A stretch of DNA of 26,829 nucleotides from a virus (IMGVR_UViG_3300017991_000084:1-26829), one strand, 5' to 3'; counted from the stretch's first letter, positions 1 through 9,623 are shown. Translations and numbers: made by a program. Notes: generated from the letters alone by a model not told the origin.

Positions 1-717
1 ACCAGAAGTCGCACCCGAAACCGTGATGCTGTACACACCAGCCGCAGTGATCGTACCACTGACAGTGTAAGGAGACACGCTCGCAAACACACCAGCCGCA
101 CTACACGTACCGATTGTGGTGTATGTGGTTCCGACCTTCATCTCGACAACACAGTTCTCCAGATTGATCAGACCAGGATTGTAGTCTGTGGTTCCTGAGT
201 AGGTCCCGTCGCCGGTTCCCAGACTCTCACGCTCAACGCTCGCTCTCGCGTAACGTCTTCCAGACTTACTCTCCTCATGACCAGTGGTACTTGACAGCAT
301 GGTATCACCGGCAGTGATCTCACCCTTGGTGCTACCGTACTTCACGTCAAGATAGAACACCGCACCGATTCTACGGTCCAGCGCCTGGACAACCGCCACC
401 TTGTTCATAACCAACGTAGGAATCAAAGCCGCGATCACAGGAAGCTGAACACCCAAGAAGCTGATGTTGTCTTCCGTAGTCGTCTCAAACAGATTCCGTC
501 CCTTGGCCGCTGACTCAGAGATGCAGTTGTACAAACACTGAGCAACGTTTCTCTTCTCATGCATCGTAATAGGACGACCCTGAGTCTGCTCCACATACTT
601 TGCAACGCTATTGACATAGGGCTTGATCTGAGGGAGATTCATCAGACGATTACGTCTGTTCTCCATCAGCGTAGCTTCCTCTGCCACCAATTCCGCATAA
701 CCTTCCTTCAGCTTCAT
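1..717 (-). CDS. Major capsid protein, T4 gp23-like (5' part; runs off window start)
   Basis: Hand-translated open frame from ATG 717 (RBS AAGGAG) to base 1: MKLKEGYAELVAEE...LFETTTEDNISFLGVQLPVIAALIPTLVMNKVAVVQALDRRIGAVFYLDVKYG. This resembles the gp23 N-terminal block (RRAIPNLIAFDICGVQPM...FYL). It lies directly downstream of the prohead protease. Confidence 0.88.
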   Translation of the reverse strand, partial: MKLKEGYAELVAEEATLMENRRNRLMNLPQIKPYVNSVAKYVEQTQGRPITMHEKRNVAQCLYNCISESAAKGRNLFETTTEDNISFLGVQLPVIAALIPTLVMNKVAVVQALDRRIGAVFYLDVKYGSTKGEITAGDTMLSSTTGHEESKSGRRYARASVERESLGTGDGTYSGTTDYNPGLINLENCVVEMKVGTTYTTIGTCSAAGVFASVSPYTVSGTITAAGVYSITVSGATSG

Positions 718-731
718 ACCTTCACTCCTTC

Positions 732-2567
732 TTAAGAGGTAAATCCGAATCCTTCGAAGATCTCACCGACCTCCTCATCGACACGTCGTTGTTCTGAATC
801 AACCTCAGGATCGACCTTCCGTACAGCAATTTCCGTGATCCGATCAGAGTGAATTGCACTCCGTCTCTTGGCCTTGGTAAGCCGCTCAATCAGCTCATCA
901 ACGTCCAGAAGTGTGCTGCATTCTCCGAGTAGTGCTCGGACATTCTCGTGAACCTTCAGTCTCGACTCTCGCAAACGCTGGTCGAAATACTCACCCAAAA
1001 CAGCCATCCTTCCTTCAAAGAATGACTCATTGCATCTGTCTTCTATGTCAGCCTTGTGATCCTCATCCAAACTATTGACACGTTCCTCAATAGCTTGAGA
1101 CTTGGTCTTGGCTTCCTCCAGCTGGGCCGCAGCCTCACTGGCATCTTTCGCTTTGGTTTCCAGAACTGACCGCAATCCAGCCACTTCCGTTCGCAAGGTC
1201 TCATTACGCTTCAAGAGCCGCGAACGAACTCTCTTGTGACTTTCATTGGCTTCTTTGACATGCTGCAAAGTGTGCAACGCTTCAAGCGCCTTATCGCGTT
1301 CAGCACGAACGCTGGCCTCCCGGATCTTCAACTCTGTCACCTCACGTACAGATTCCGCGACAGACGAAGCGGAGGCTTCACTATCATCTACGCTCTCCGT
1401 TGCACTTTGTTCGCTCTTTTCTTCAGAATCTGTCACATTTTCTGAAGTTTTCTTGGATTCCTCCATCTCCTCTTCATCCTCATCCTCGACCCCAATCTCG
1501 GAATCCACGTCCTCGGGCTCACCCATAGGCTCCTCATCCATGTCCCCAGGTGCCTCTGGCGCTCCCAGATCATCCTCAGGTTCCACAACAGGCTCACCCT
1601 CCAGCTCGCCGCCAAGCTCACCACCCAGCTCGCCACCCAGCTCGCCCTCAGGTTCAACGGCAGGCACACCCATACCTGTGTTCCCAGGCTCCTCAGGCAT
1701 TGCAGGAAGCTCAGGCTCCATAGCCACAGGAACCACGCTCACGATACCCTCAGGATCGATCCCAACAATCGTGTCCCCATGAACTTCCACATCCGACGTT
1801 GCTCCATCTTTTTCTACAGAAAGAGAAACGTTCGTCTCATCAATACTCTTCACCGTCGCCGTATGATCGCCGTAGTGCAACGTGTCGCCTTCCTTCAGAC
1901 GCTCATCCTTGAACAAATCTGCCAAAGTGATATCTGATTCCTCAACACTCACCGACTCCAAAATGGCCTCGGCCAACTTCTTGTCACCTTCCTTCAACTT
2001 GTCCATCTCACGCTCCACTGTTTCCTTAACATTGCGACGAACGTTCATCGGTGCCACATTGAACGTACTTGGATCAGCCGTGAAGTCAGTTGTCTTGTAC
2101 TGATATGCTTCCGGCACGACACGATGAAACTTCCCACGATCATCCTCAGCCTCTTCCAGGTCACCCTCAGCGCGCGTACTCATGCCCACCTGCGAATCCG
2201 CACGCAACAGACAATCCACGATACGGCCCATTGGAGTGTCCAGAACATCCACCGTCTGGTAGACCTTTCCGTCATTCTCATCAATCCACATCTCATGGAT
2301 GATATGACTGGTCTCCCTCAGATCTGATTGAGTTTCTGCTGGGTGCTCTGCGTGACCATAGAGATTCCGGTTCGACAACTTCTCCTGAAGTTCCTCATTC
2401 CCCAGAACACGCTCCCAAACGGCCTTCTCATAGATCCTTCGGTTCGCATTCATCTCATCGATATTGCAGATGGGATATGTAACACGACACAACACTGTCT
2501 CAGGAAGCTTGCTACGATCCGACTCTACGATCTGCACTTTCCCATGTACTCTCTCAGTCAGCAACAT
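732..2567 (-). CDS. Prohead protease (T4 gp21-like) with C-terminal acidic/coiled-coil scaffold-like region
   Basis: N-terminal ~175 aa has NANRRIY, LYGHAEHP, SHII, LDTPMGRI, VGMSTRAEG and TDFTADPST, typical of gp21-family proteases. RBS GGAGGAG. Immediately upstream of the capsid gene. Confidence 0.9.
   Translation of the reverse strand: MLLTERVHGKVQIVESDRSKLPETVLCRVTYPICNIDEMNANRRIYEKAVWERVLGNEELQEKLSNRNLYGHAEHPAETQSDLRETSHIIHEMWIDENDGKVYQTVDVLDTPMGRIVDCLLRADSQVGMSTRAEGDLEEAEDDRGKFHRVVPEAYQYKTTDFTADPSTFNVAPMNVRRNVKETVEREMDKLKEGDKKLAEAILESVSVEESDITLADLFKDERLKEGDTLHYGDHTATVKSIDETNVSLSVEKDGATSDVEVHGDTIVGIDPEGIVSVVPVAMEPELPAMPEEPGNTGMGVPAVEPEGELGGELGGELGGELEGEPVVEPEDDLGAPEAPGDMDEEPMGEPEDVDSEIGVEDEDEEEMEESKKTSENVTDSEEKSEQSATESVDDSEASASSVAESVREVTELKIREASVRAERDKALEALHTLQHVKEANESHKRVRSRLLKRNETLRTEVAGLRSVLETKAKDASEAAAQLEEAKTKSQAIEERVNSLDEDHKADIEDRCNESFFEGRMAVLGEYFDQRLRESRLKVHENVRALLGECSTLLDVDELIERLTKAKRRSAIHSDRITEIAVRKVDPEVDSEQRRVDEEVGEIFEGFGFTS
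1599..1646. repeat. 4 x 12-bp imperfect tandem repeat encoding (G-E-L-G/E)4
   Basis: ctccagctcgcc / gccaagctcacc / acccagctcgcc / acccagctcgcc inside the protease linker. Confidence 0.8.
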
Positions 2568-2594
2568 ATTCCTTCTCCTCCTATTGATCGTGAC

Positions 2595-5500
2595 TTACAC
2601 TGGATAGATCTGGCACAGGTCAAAGCTATACCATTCCTGATCCACTTCAGCCTCATTTCCTGTAACCTCCACTGCGTGCTCCGTGACCTTGGCCACCTTG
2701 ACACACTCATAAATGACCCGCATGTTCTTATTCGACATGATTGTCACTTCCGTTCCCTCCTTGATCTCATCGATAGTATCGACGCTCTCATTCAAGCCCA
2801 GAAGCTCACTCGCCAATGAAAACGCAGGATCAATCGATTCCGTCACTTCCTCAGTGACTTCCTCAAACTCCTCGATCTTCTTCTCCGCAACCTCAATTGA
2901 TGGATAAGCTTCCTTGACCGCACTCTTCACAGCCTCACGCAAGGATTCCAAAGTTCCCTTGTACCATGCAGGAGCTGATTCATACTGAGCAACACGCGCC
3001 AAAGCATTCCGTGCCTGATCCTCAGAATTGATTGGGAAGTGATCCTTATCATCACGCACATTCTCATGTGTGGACTGGAAAACACACTCTCCACGATTTC
3101 GAACCTTCGCATCTGGGTCCTTCTCCTCATCCACAGGCTCATCCTCCATCGGACAATCCTCTCCAGCCTCCTTGCGCTTTCCTTTTTTACCCTGATAAGA
3201 ACCTGTACCATCACGTTTCCCAGGCTCATCCTTGCCCTCTTCTACCGCATCTTCCGATTCCTCAACTTCCTCCTCTACCTCGTCCTTACACTTTTCATCT
3301 GCTACTTCCTCTTCCACAGGCTCTTCAGCCTCTTCAACCTCAGCCCCTTCGACCGACTCCTCTGCCTCCATCACCACGTCAGCCGCAGCCATGAATCGAC
3401 TTGAATCAAATCGTGGATTATCTTCCTTGAACATCGCAGCCATCATCTTCGCCAAAGTAGAAGCGGCAGCACGATCCTCCATACCCTTCATCATCTCTGC
3501 GAACTTGATGTAGTACTTCCGTGACAGGGCCTCATCCACCTCGGTAGACTCCGTCGCCACATGTGTAACCTGCTCTCCCCCAGGCTTCTCAGCCAATTCC
3601 ACAGCCACCATATGCTGCTTAGATTTCGGAGGCTTAAATGCAGCTATTGCCTGCTTCTTTGCACCATACAATGAAGTATCATAGATATCCATCTTCTTAC
3701 CATTGTAAAAAGCGACATACCCATTCTTACCCTCATTATCCCCCTCAGACTCCTCGACCTCTTCCGACTCAGCAATCTTCTTCACGGCAGTCACTTTGTC
3801 AACGCCCTTACGCTTGAGCATCATCCTCTCCGCATCATTATCATCCAAAGCCTCAACGCGCATCTCGGCCTCTTCCCCATCATCCTTCAGGTACTTCACC
3901 AAATACACGTGCTTGAATTCACCCTGCTCCTCAACCTTCGATTCTTTCGTATCCATCTCATCCTCCCTACCAAGTGAAATCTCATGATAGTTTCCATGGT
4001 CTGAGACCACCCATACGGGAGGCCAGAACTTATTATCTTCCATCCACTCACGTGCAGCTTGACGCGCCTCGTCCTCGTCATTGAAAGTTCCAATCACCTT
4101 TCCTCCAGCCTTCACCTGAGTCTGACCACCCAAAGATCCTGCTGGTGACAAGAAGATATCATACTCTTCAGGCTCATCCTGATGTTCCTCTTCGCCCTCT
4201 TCTGACCCCTCACCACCAAACTGTGCCTCCAATTCCTTATACATCATCTCTGCCATCTCACCATCATCCGCAACAGACGAATGGCTTGCGCCAGGAGAAT
4301 ACTCAGACGTACTCAAAACCGAATACAGATTACTGTTCTGCCCACTGTGATAGTCACTGGCATACCAGTACATGGCCGCTTCCATGTCAAACTCAGACCC
4401 TTCCTCATCCATCAACGGCTTCAATGCATCCAGCATCTCTTCACGAGTAGGATCTTCGAACTCTGCACTCTCTGACACCTTGGTTCCACTTGAAGCCTCA
4501 GCCAATGCCTCAAACTCCTCCTGTCCCAAGTTCGCCAGTGCATCCTTTGCCAACTCTTCAACGCCAGATTCCGTCAAAGCTCCGTCCTCATGGAACAGCT
4601 CAGCAAACCCTGAATCGAAACTGAACTCTCGCCCGTTCACACTAATGACCGTAGCCTCAGCTCCCTCATCCACCAACTGAACATCGAAGTCATGGCCATC
4701 AAATTCAACTCTCTTTTCAGTCAACTTCGACTCCATAGGACGCATCAGTTCTTTCTTCTTCTTGGGACTCTCCATCTCCTCATCTCCTTCATCGTCCAAC
4801 TCTTCCTCAAAGTCACCCTCCCCCTCAGGTGCCTCCACATCCTCCTCAGCAAATTCATCCTCAGCACCAAGATCGTCCGCAGGAAGATCATCACCAGCCA
4901 GCTCTTCCTCCTCATCCTCCATATCATTGACGATCTCTTGCTCAGCTGCTGGAATGATATACTTTACGATGACCTGACGGTCAATCTCAGAGATACCAAC
5001 ATCACTATCGCGGAAAACAGTGTTCAAGAACAGACTCATATCTGTAGGCTCGATCCCATTCTCTTCAGCTGAGAACAACTGGTTCTCTTCCTGGTCCACA
5101 ATCTTCATGTCAATGATCTCACCCTGATCATTCTTCTCTGGGACCATGTAGAAATGTGTGTCCTCGGACTTGCCCACATACTCCTTGTCCTCTGGGACAG
5201 GAATCTCAGCCTCGTCCTCCATGAAATCTTCCTCAGGCATCTCTTCCTCAGGAGCAAGCTCCTCATCCTCATCTTCCACGAAATCTTCCTCGGCCCCAAC
5301 TTCAGCCTCAGGTTCCTCCTCGAAGTCCTCTTCTTGCTCATTCAACATGTGTGCCGCTAGAAGATGTTCATACGATTCACAAATGATGTCCTCATCCTGC
5401 CTCATGGCTCGCACCCAACCTTGTCTGTAATACGAAATGTAATCTGTGCTCTCACCAAGAGCATCATCCAAGATCTCATCCCAATCAATGGAACAAGGAT

Positions 5501-6833
5501 CTTCACGCTTATCACTCCCACATCCGACCTTACATGTGTCACACTTCCCAGTGTAGCAACAGAACTTGCCCTTCTCTTCTGGGGACAGCTCTGACTTGAT
5601 TCTCTTGAACAGCTCCTTATGTGCAGGAGTCCCATGCTTCATGTCCATAGCCTTGTCCTGCATCTCCTTTGGAAGACGATTAACACGACCATGGAATGGA
5701 GTCACAATGTCCACTTCCGGAACCTTCGCAAAACGAATAGCTTCCTCAGGATTGAAAGCAACTGTCCGAATCCGCACATTCTTCTTTTTCTTCTTCAATG
5801 CCACAGCATCTTCCAATGACAACGAATTGCTGTGAATGCCGTAATCCTTCTCCAGATTATCCACGCTCAGATTTGTAACACCAGTCCGATCAGCCCACTT
5901 CTTGACAAACTCTGGATCTTTTGAAATGGCCTTGATCTGTAGACCGATCTCGTCCGCATCCTTGAACAGAGCCCCCAATGACTCATCATCCTCTGGATTG
6001 TAATCCGAGAATGAGTACAAACGAACACCACCAGAAACATTGAACTTCTTGATGTTCTCCGGACTGAACAGCTTACGCTTTCTCTGAAGCGTCCCAGGCT
6101 TATACTCCACACGACCTGAAATCATGGACGGAGTCTGTGCGCCCATCGTAAATGGTGACTTCCCCTGCACAATAGGCTTAGTCTTCTTGTCCCTCTTATA
6201 TCCAGGCCCAGGCACATGCATCCACTTACGCGCATCAATGTTGTCCTTCACCTGCTGCAAAGACAACCCACCCTGCTTCATGATACGCTCAATCCACTTA
6301 AGTGCATTCTTACGGTTATCCTCCACGTAGCAGTATCCGCAAGGTTTCCCCCTCTTTCGATGTGGGCACTCCATATCGAAATCAATCGAGACCCCTGTCT
6401 TCCCATTGTTTCGAATAGGATCAGACGACAAGTTCGCAGATCTCAAGAAGTAGTTGTAGGCATCCTCAATCTCAGCATCCGTAGGATCATGTGGAGACTC
6501 AGCTTCCTTGTCCGGATCACTGTCATCCTTCACATCGACCTCATCCTTCTCTCCGGTATCCTGAGCAGCCGCATGCCTCTCTTCTTCGCTCTCCTCTTCC
6601 TCCTGAAGGACAGACTCACCCAATGCAGCGCGTACCTTGTCCTCTGGCAGCACATTATGAGTGGAATACATGCTCACAGCCTTGTCCCAATCTTCCACGC
6701 CATACTTCTTCATGAATGCTTGAATATCATTCTTCAACCATTCAGAATCCGTCTCATTCAGATGGAACTCGTGTGACTCTCGAATACTGTCCACCACCGA
6801 AAACAACCTATCAAAGTACGCTTGCCGATCCAT
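2595..6833 (-). CDS. 1412-aa acidic mosaic protein, probable head-internal/core protein, with a GP88/radical-SAM-like domain and several small phage domains
   Basis: Intact long ORF, RBS AAGGAG. Very E/D-rich linkers separate folded islands. Contains a CX8CX2C motif (CPHRKRGKPCGYC), VRLYSFSDY and CCYTGKCDTCKVGC. Adjacent to the protease and capsid genes. Confidence 0.75.
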   Translation of the reverse strand: MDRQAYFDRLFSVVDSIRESHEFHLNETDSEWLKNDIQAFMKKYGVEDWDKAVSMYSTHNVLPEDKVRAALGESVLQEEEESEEERHAAAQDTGEKDEVDVKDDSDPDKEAESPHDPTDAEIEDAYNYFLRSANLSSDPIRNNGKTGVSIDFDMECPHRKRGKPCGYCYVEDNRKNALKWIERIMKQGGLSLQQVKDNIDARKWMHVPGPGYKRDKKTKPIVQGKSPFTMGAQTPSMISGRVEYKPGTLQRKRKLFSPENIKKFNVSGGVRLYSFSDYNPEDDESLGALFKDADEIGLQIKAISKDPEFVKKWADRTGVTNLSVDNLEKDYGIHSNSLSLEDAVALKKKKKNVRIRTVAFNPEEAIRFAKVPEVDIVTPFHGRVNRLPKEMQDKAMDMKHGTPAHKELFKRIKSELSPEEKGKFCCYTGKCDTCKVGCGSDKREDPCSIDWDEILDDALGESTDYISYYRQGWVRAMRQDEDIICESYEHLLAAHMLNEQEEDFEEEPEAEVGAEEDFVEDEDEELAPEEEMPEEDFMEDEAEIPVPEDKEYVGKSEDTHFYMVPEKNDQGEIIDMKIVDQEENQLFSAEENGIEPTDMSLFLNTVFRDSDVGISEIDRQVIVKYIIPAAEQEIVNDMEDEEEELAGDDLPADDLGAEDEFAEEDVEAPEGEGDFEEELDDEGDEEMESPKKKKELMRPMESKLTEKRVEFDGHDFDVQLVDEGAEATVISVNGREFSFDSGFAELFHEDGALTESGVEELAKDALANLGQEEFEALAEASSGTKVSESAEFEDPTREEMLDALKPLMDEEGSEFDMEAAMYWYASDYHSGQNSNLYSVLSTSEYSPGASHSSVADDGEMAEMMYKELEAQFGGEGSEEGEEEHQDEPEEYDIFLSPAGSLGGQTQVKAGGKVIGTFNDEDEARQAAREWMEDNKFWPPVWVVSDHGNYHEISLGREDEMDTKESKVEEQGEFKHVYLVKYLKDDGEEAEMRVEALDDNDAERMMLKRKGVDKVTAVKKIAESEEVEESEGDNEGKNGYVAFYNGKKMDIYDTSLYGAKKQAIAAFKPPKSKQHMVAVELAEKPGGEQVTHVATESTEVDEALSRKYYIKFAEMMKGMEDRAAASTLAKMMAAMFKEDNPRFDSSRFMAAADVVMEAEESVEGAEVEEAEEPVEEEVADEKCKDEVEEEVEESEDAVEEGKDEPGKRDGTGSYQGKKGKRKEAGEDCPMEDEPVDEEKDPDAKVRNRGECVFQSTHENVRDDKDHFPINSEDQARNALARVAQYESAPAWYKGTLESLREAVKSAVKEAYPSIEVAEKKIEEFEEVTEEVTESIDPAFSLASELLGLNESVDTIDEIKEGTEVTIMSNKNMRVIYECVKVAKVTEHAVEVTGNEAEVDQEWYSFDLCQIYPV

Positions 6834-6842
6834 CGAATCTCC

Positions 6843-7190
6843 TTAGAATCCAAAGATTGATCCCTGCTTCAAGGTGTATGTGTTCTCCACATCGTCCGTA
6901 TTTGCCGCCACACTGCCAGCCTTCCTGTAGACCACAACATCATACACACCCTGAGGTAAGTCTGCCGGAACCACCACTGGAAACTGCCCTGTAGTCCCAT
7001 CCTCAACTAGATCCACTGCTGTGTCAACCCATGTAGGACTGTTCTTCAATGCCTTTGCCACGTCATCCCAAATAGAGCTGTCGCCCTTAAAGACGAACCG
7101 AACATAGTAGCTGTTCCCGGTGTGGCCCAACGCATCATAAAAGATACGTTCCATCCATGATCCACTGATTTGATTTCCACCCAAAGCCAT
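6843..7190 (-). CDS. Hypothetical virion-associated protein (beta-rich, Ig-like?)
   Basis: 115-aa ORF with RBS GGAGG. Alternating hydrophobic strands (GQFPVVVP..LPQGVYDVVVY). Confidence 0.6.
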   Translation of the reverse strand: MALGGNQISGSWMERIFYDALGHTGNSYYVRFVFKGDSSIWDDVAKALKNSPTWVDTAVDLVEDGTTGQFPVVVPADLPQGVYDVVVYRKAGSVAANTDDVENTYTLKQGSIFGF

Positions 7191-7193
7191 GTC

Positions 7194-7433
7194 TTATCCT
7201 CCAAATCCACGCTGCATCAGGAACAGCATAAGTCCAACCACAAACGATGAAATCCCGCCCAGCGCCGCTGAAGCACAGATGATAGTCACCACCCAGTGGT
7301 GATGCAAGTGATTCGAAAACTGCTTCATCATCTGCCTCATGGTCAGGTGCATGTACACCCGCCACTCGCCGTCCGTCATTGATTTCACATCTACTGTTTC
7401 ACTGTCTTCCGGCAACACCAGTTCACTCTTCAT
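7194..7433 (-). CDS. Small membrane protein with one C-terminal TM helix (holin/XhlA-like topology)
   Basis: Start moved to ATG 7433 (RBS GAGGA). Hydrophobic segment WVVTIICASAALGGISSFVVGLMLFLM. Confidence 0.55.
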   Translation of the reverse strand: MKSELVLPEDSETVDVKSMTDGEWRVYMHLTMRQMMKQFSNHLHHHWVVTIICASAALGGISSFVVGLMLFLMQRGFGG

Positions 7434-7674
7434 TGATTCCTCCTGACCCATCTATCATATGCTGTAGCTGATCTCGCTCGCGCCGTGTAGCTTCCAGGTC
7501 AAACTGCTGATACCGCATCAGGACTCGCATCAGCCGCATCAAGTCCAACAAAGCATCCATGTCATCTGTCTCCTCCCCGACATCTTCCAACACATAACAA
7601 GTGTCCGGGATAGCCAAGCACTCTCCTCCGATGTTTATCGCACGTGCCAATTCTTGTCGCTCGGCCTTATTCAT
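7423..7674 (-). CDS. Hypothetical protein (83 aa, helical)
   Basis: Start MNKAERQ at 7674 with RBS GAGGAG. Tiles between its neighbours. Confidence 0.6.
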   Translation of the reverse strand: MNKAERQELARAINIGGECLAIPDTCYVLEDVGEETDDMDALLDLMRLMRVLMRYQQFDLEATRRERDQLQHMIDGSGGINEE

Positions 7675-7678
7675 GTCA

Positions 7679-8062
7679 CTACTCCTCATTCGGATCGCCA
7701 CGAGAGGCTTTCCAATTTTCGTAGTCACTAATGTCCATGCCAAGTGCATCTTCCTCATCGAAGTTGTGCCACGGCTCGACTTTCCTCAATGCTTCCAGTG
7801 CGTTCCAAATCACATCATCACCCATGACATGCTCCGGATCTTTCAGCCACCCTTCCAACGCCTCTGGCTTGTTCTCACGGACCCAGTCATAGACACTTTG
7901 TGCTGCGTCTCCACTGCGCACATCTGATGCGAAGTAGTATTGATCACTCAAATTGTTTGCTAGGTTTTCCAGGTCTTGAGCTATCGCATCATACACTGCA
8001 TCGTTGTAGCCGTCCACATCCTCTTCTACTTCCCTAAGGAGTCTGTTGTAGTCACTGTCCAT
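7679..8062 (-). CDS. Acidic hypothetical protein, probable head-internal protein
   Basis: Start MDSDYNRLLREVEED. Acidic composition and N-terminal motif shared with the 1412-aa and 252-aa proteins. Confidence 0.6.
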   Translation of the reverse strand: MDSDYNRLLREVEEDVDGYNDAVYDAIAQDLENLANNLSDQYYFASDVRSGDAAQSVYDWVRENKPEALEGWLKDPEHVMGDDVIWNALEALRKVEPWHNFDEEDALGMDISDYENWKASRGDPNEE

Positions 8063-8069
8063 GTGTCCC

Positions 8070-8357
8070 TCACCCATTCAAAAGATTACCTCTATGAGGT
8101 TGTGCGCGTTCTCTACACACAAAGAAATTTTGCGATAACTTTCGCTCACCATCCTCAGCAAAAAGACCAACCCATGTCCCTGACTGAGTGAAATCGACCT
8201 CAAACCGATACAGTCCATTTCCCACATCATCCAATGTCACTTCCGGAGCCCACTTTCCAGTGGGACTCAGCATCAATGCTGTCACCGTGACACCTTCTTG
8301 GAATGCTGTAGATCGATAGTAGATCTTGTGGCGACCTGGAGGGTATCTTTCAGCCAT
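8070..8357 (-). CDS. Ig-like fold structural protein
   Basis: Pattern LDDVGNGLYRFEVDFTQSGTW is typical of Ig-like/YtkA-type phage domains. Confidence 0.6.
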   Translation of the reverse strand: MAERYPPGRHKIYYRSTAFQEGVTVTALMLSPTGKWAPEVTLDDVGNGLYRFEVDFTQSGTWVGLFAEDGERKLSQNFFVCRERAQPHRGNLLNG

Positions 8358-8379
8358 AAGCCCTCCAGCCTCTAACGCA

Positions 8380-8835
8380 TCAGCTTACCATAGGTGGCGT
8401 ATCAATTGACCCCACCGAGCCCTGAATCGAATCAATCTTACCCTCCATGGTATCCAATTGAGTATCCATACCACCGATCTGTGTGTCCAATCCATCCACA
8501 ACTGAATCGATGATGTCCACCTTGTCATCCACGTCCTCGACAGCCACACCCACTCCAGTGACATCATATGTGCCGACAGAGTATCTCTTAGTGACTTGTC
8601 CAGATCCATCATCCAAATGAATAATGGCCTGCCATTCGCCCATGGTATCAGGAGTGAATTCCCCCACATAGGTTCCAGAAGATCCTCTCTCCGTCAATGT
8701 GAAATCAGGAAAGTTTGAATCCTTAGACCCGTTAGGAAGGTAGATTTCGACTTCAACTGTCTCTCCAGATGCTTTGTTTGGTGCTTGATACAAAACCGTG
8801 ATCGGTTGATTTACTCTGTAGTCCCTCTTACCCAT
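8380..8835 (-). CDS. Ig-like domain plus C-terminal coiled coil, structural protein
   Basis: LTERGSSGTYVGEFTPDTMGEW followed by heptad-like VDDKVDIIDSVVDGLDTQIGGMDTQLDTMEGKI. RBS AGGAGA. Confidence 0.6.
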   Translation of the reverse strand: MGKRDYRVNQPITVLYQAPNKASGETVEVEIYLPNGSKDSNFPDFTLTERGSSGTYVGEFTPDTMGEWQAIIHLDDGSGQVTKRYSVGTYDVTGVGVAVEDVDDKVDIIDSVVDGLDTQIGGMDTQLDTMEGKIDSIQGSVGSIDTPPMVS

Positions 8836-8850
8836 CCTTATCTCCTTCTC

Positions 8851-9612
8851 CTAGACAACCACGTGCCCTTGAACTCGAACCCTGAAACTCGACAAATCCG
8901 TCAAGTCATCCTGAATCAGAAGCTGAAGCTCCTGATCATTGTCCCCATCCAATCGGATAGCAACACCGACCGCCGCTTGACCAGCTATCTGAACCATACA
9001 ACGGAAACCGTACTCACCACCTGGCGCTTTCGCATGATACTCCTGAACATTGCACGCCATACCAAGATCTTGATTCGTCTTGACATTGATGATGTTCACA
9101 TAGTTCCCATCATACTTGCCACGCAACACACATCCCTTTGACAGTGCCGCAATGCCACCAAATTTCCCATCATCCATTGCAGTCGCATCAGCAATCGCAA
9201 CATAAATGCGTGTGACATCCCACTGAACGCCCGCATGTGGCGTGACTCTTGCAATCTTGACCGTGGTCCCATCTACAGCCAAGTCATAATTCACAAGATG
9301 CGTATCAGCATTCACTGTGAATGCTGCATCCAACGGAGTGTCCAGATCAATCAAATTGACTGTCACCCCAATAATGATCCCTTCGTAGTACTCTGTGCCC
9401 TCTTTGATGATTATCCCATCACCAACCACCGCTCCATGCCCCGCCTGAAGTGTAATCTGCTGATCTTCTTCAGCTACCCCAGACGCCAATGTGACTGTTG
9501 CCTTATCGATGTGAAACCAATACCCAATAGCCTTCGATGTTTGGTCTTGGAGATTAACAGCTATACCACCGTTCGGCTCCTTCTGGAACCGAGCATTGAT
9601 AAGTCCTCCCAT
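8851..9612 (-). CDS. Beta-rich virion structural/decoration protein (253 aa)
   Basis: Intact ORF with RBS GGAGG, rich in G/V/D/T, within the structural block. Confidence 0.55.
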   Translation of the reverse strand: MGGLINARFQKEPNGGIAVNLQDQTSKAIGYWFHIDKATVTLASGVAEEDQQITLQAGHGAVVGDGIIIKEGTEYYEGIIIGVTVNLIDLDTPLDAAFTVNADTHLVNYDLAVDGTTVKIARVTPHAGVQWDVTRIYVAIADATAMDDGKFGGIAALSKGCVLRGKYDGNYVNIINVKTNQDLGMACNVQEYHAKAPGGEYGFRCMVQIAGQAAVGVAIRLDGDNDQELQLLIQDDLTDLSSFRVRVQGHVVV

Positions 9613-9623
9613 GACCTATCCCC

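Noticed and set aside
435-617. 60-aa minus-strand ORF from the track
   Set aside because: Out-of-frame overlap with the capsid protein frame (717-1).
1246-1782. Ser/Pro-rich plus-strand ORF (and similar ones at 3232-3513, 4762-4977, 5158-5430)
   Set aside because: Poly-Ser arises from the reverse complement of GAG/GAA Glu codons in the acidic minus-strand genes.
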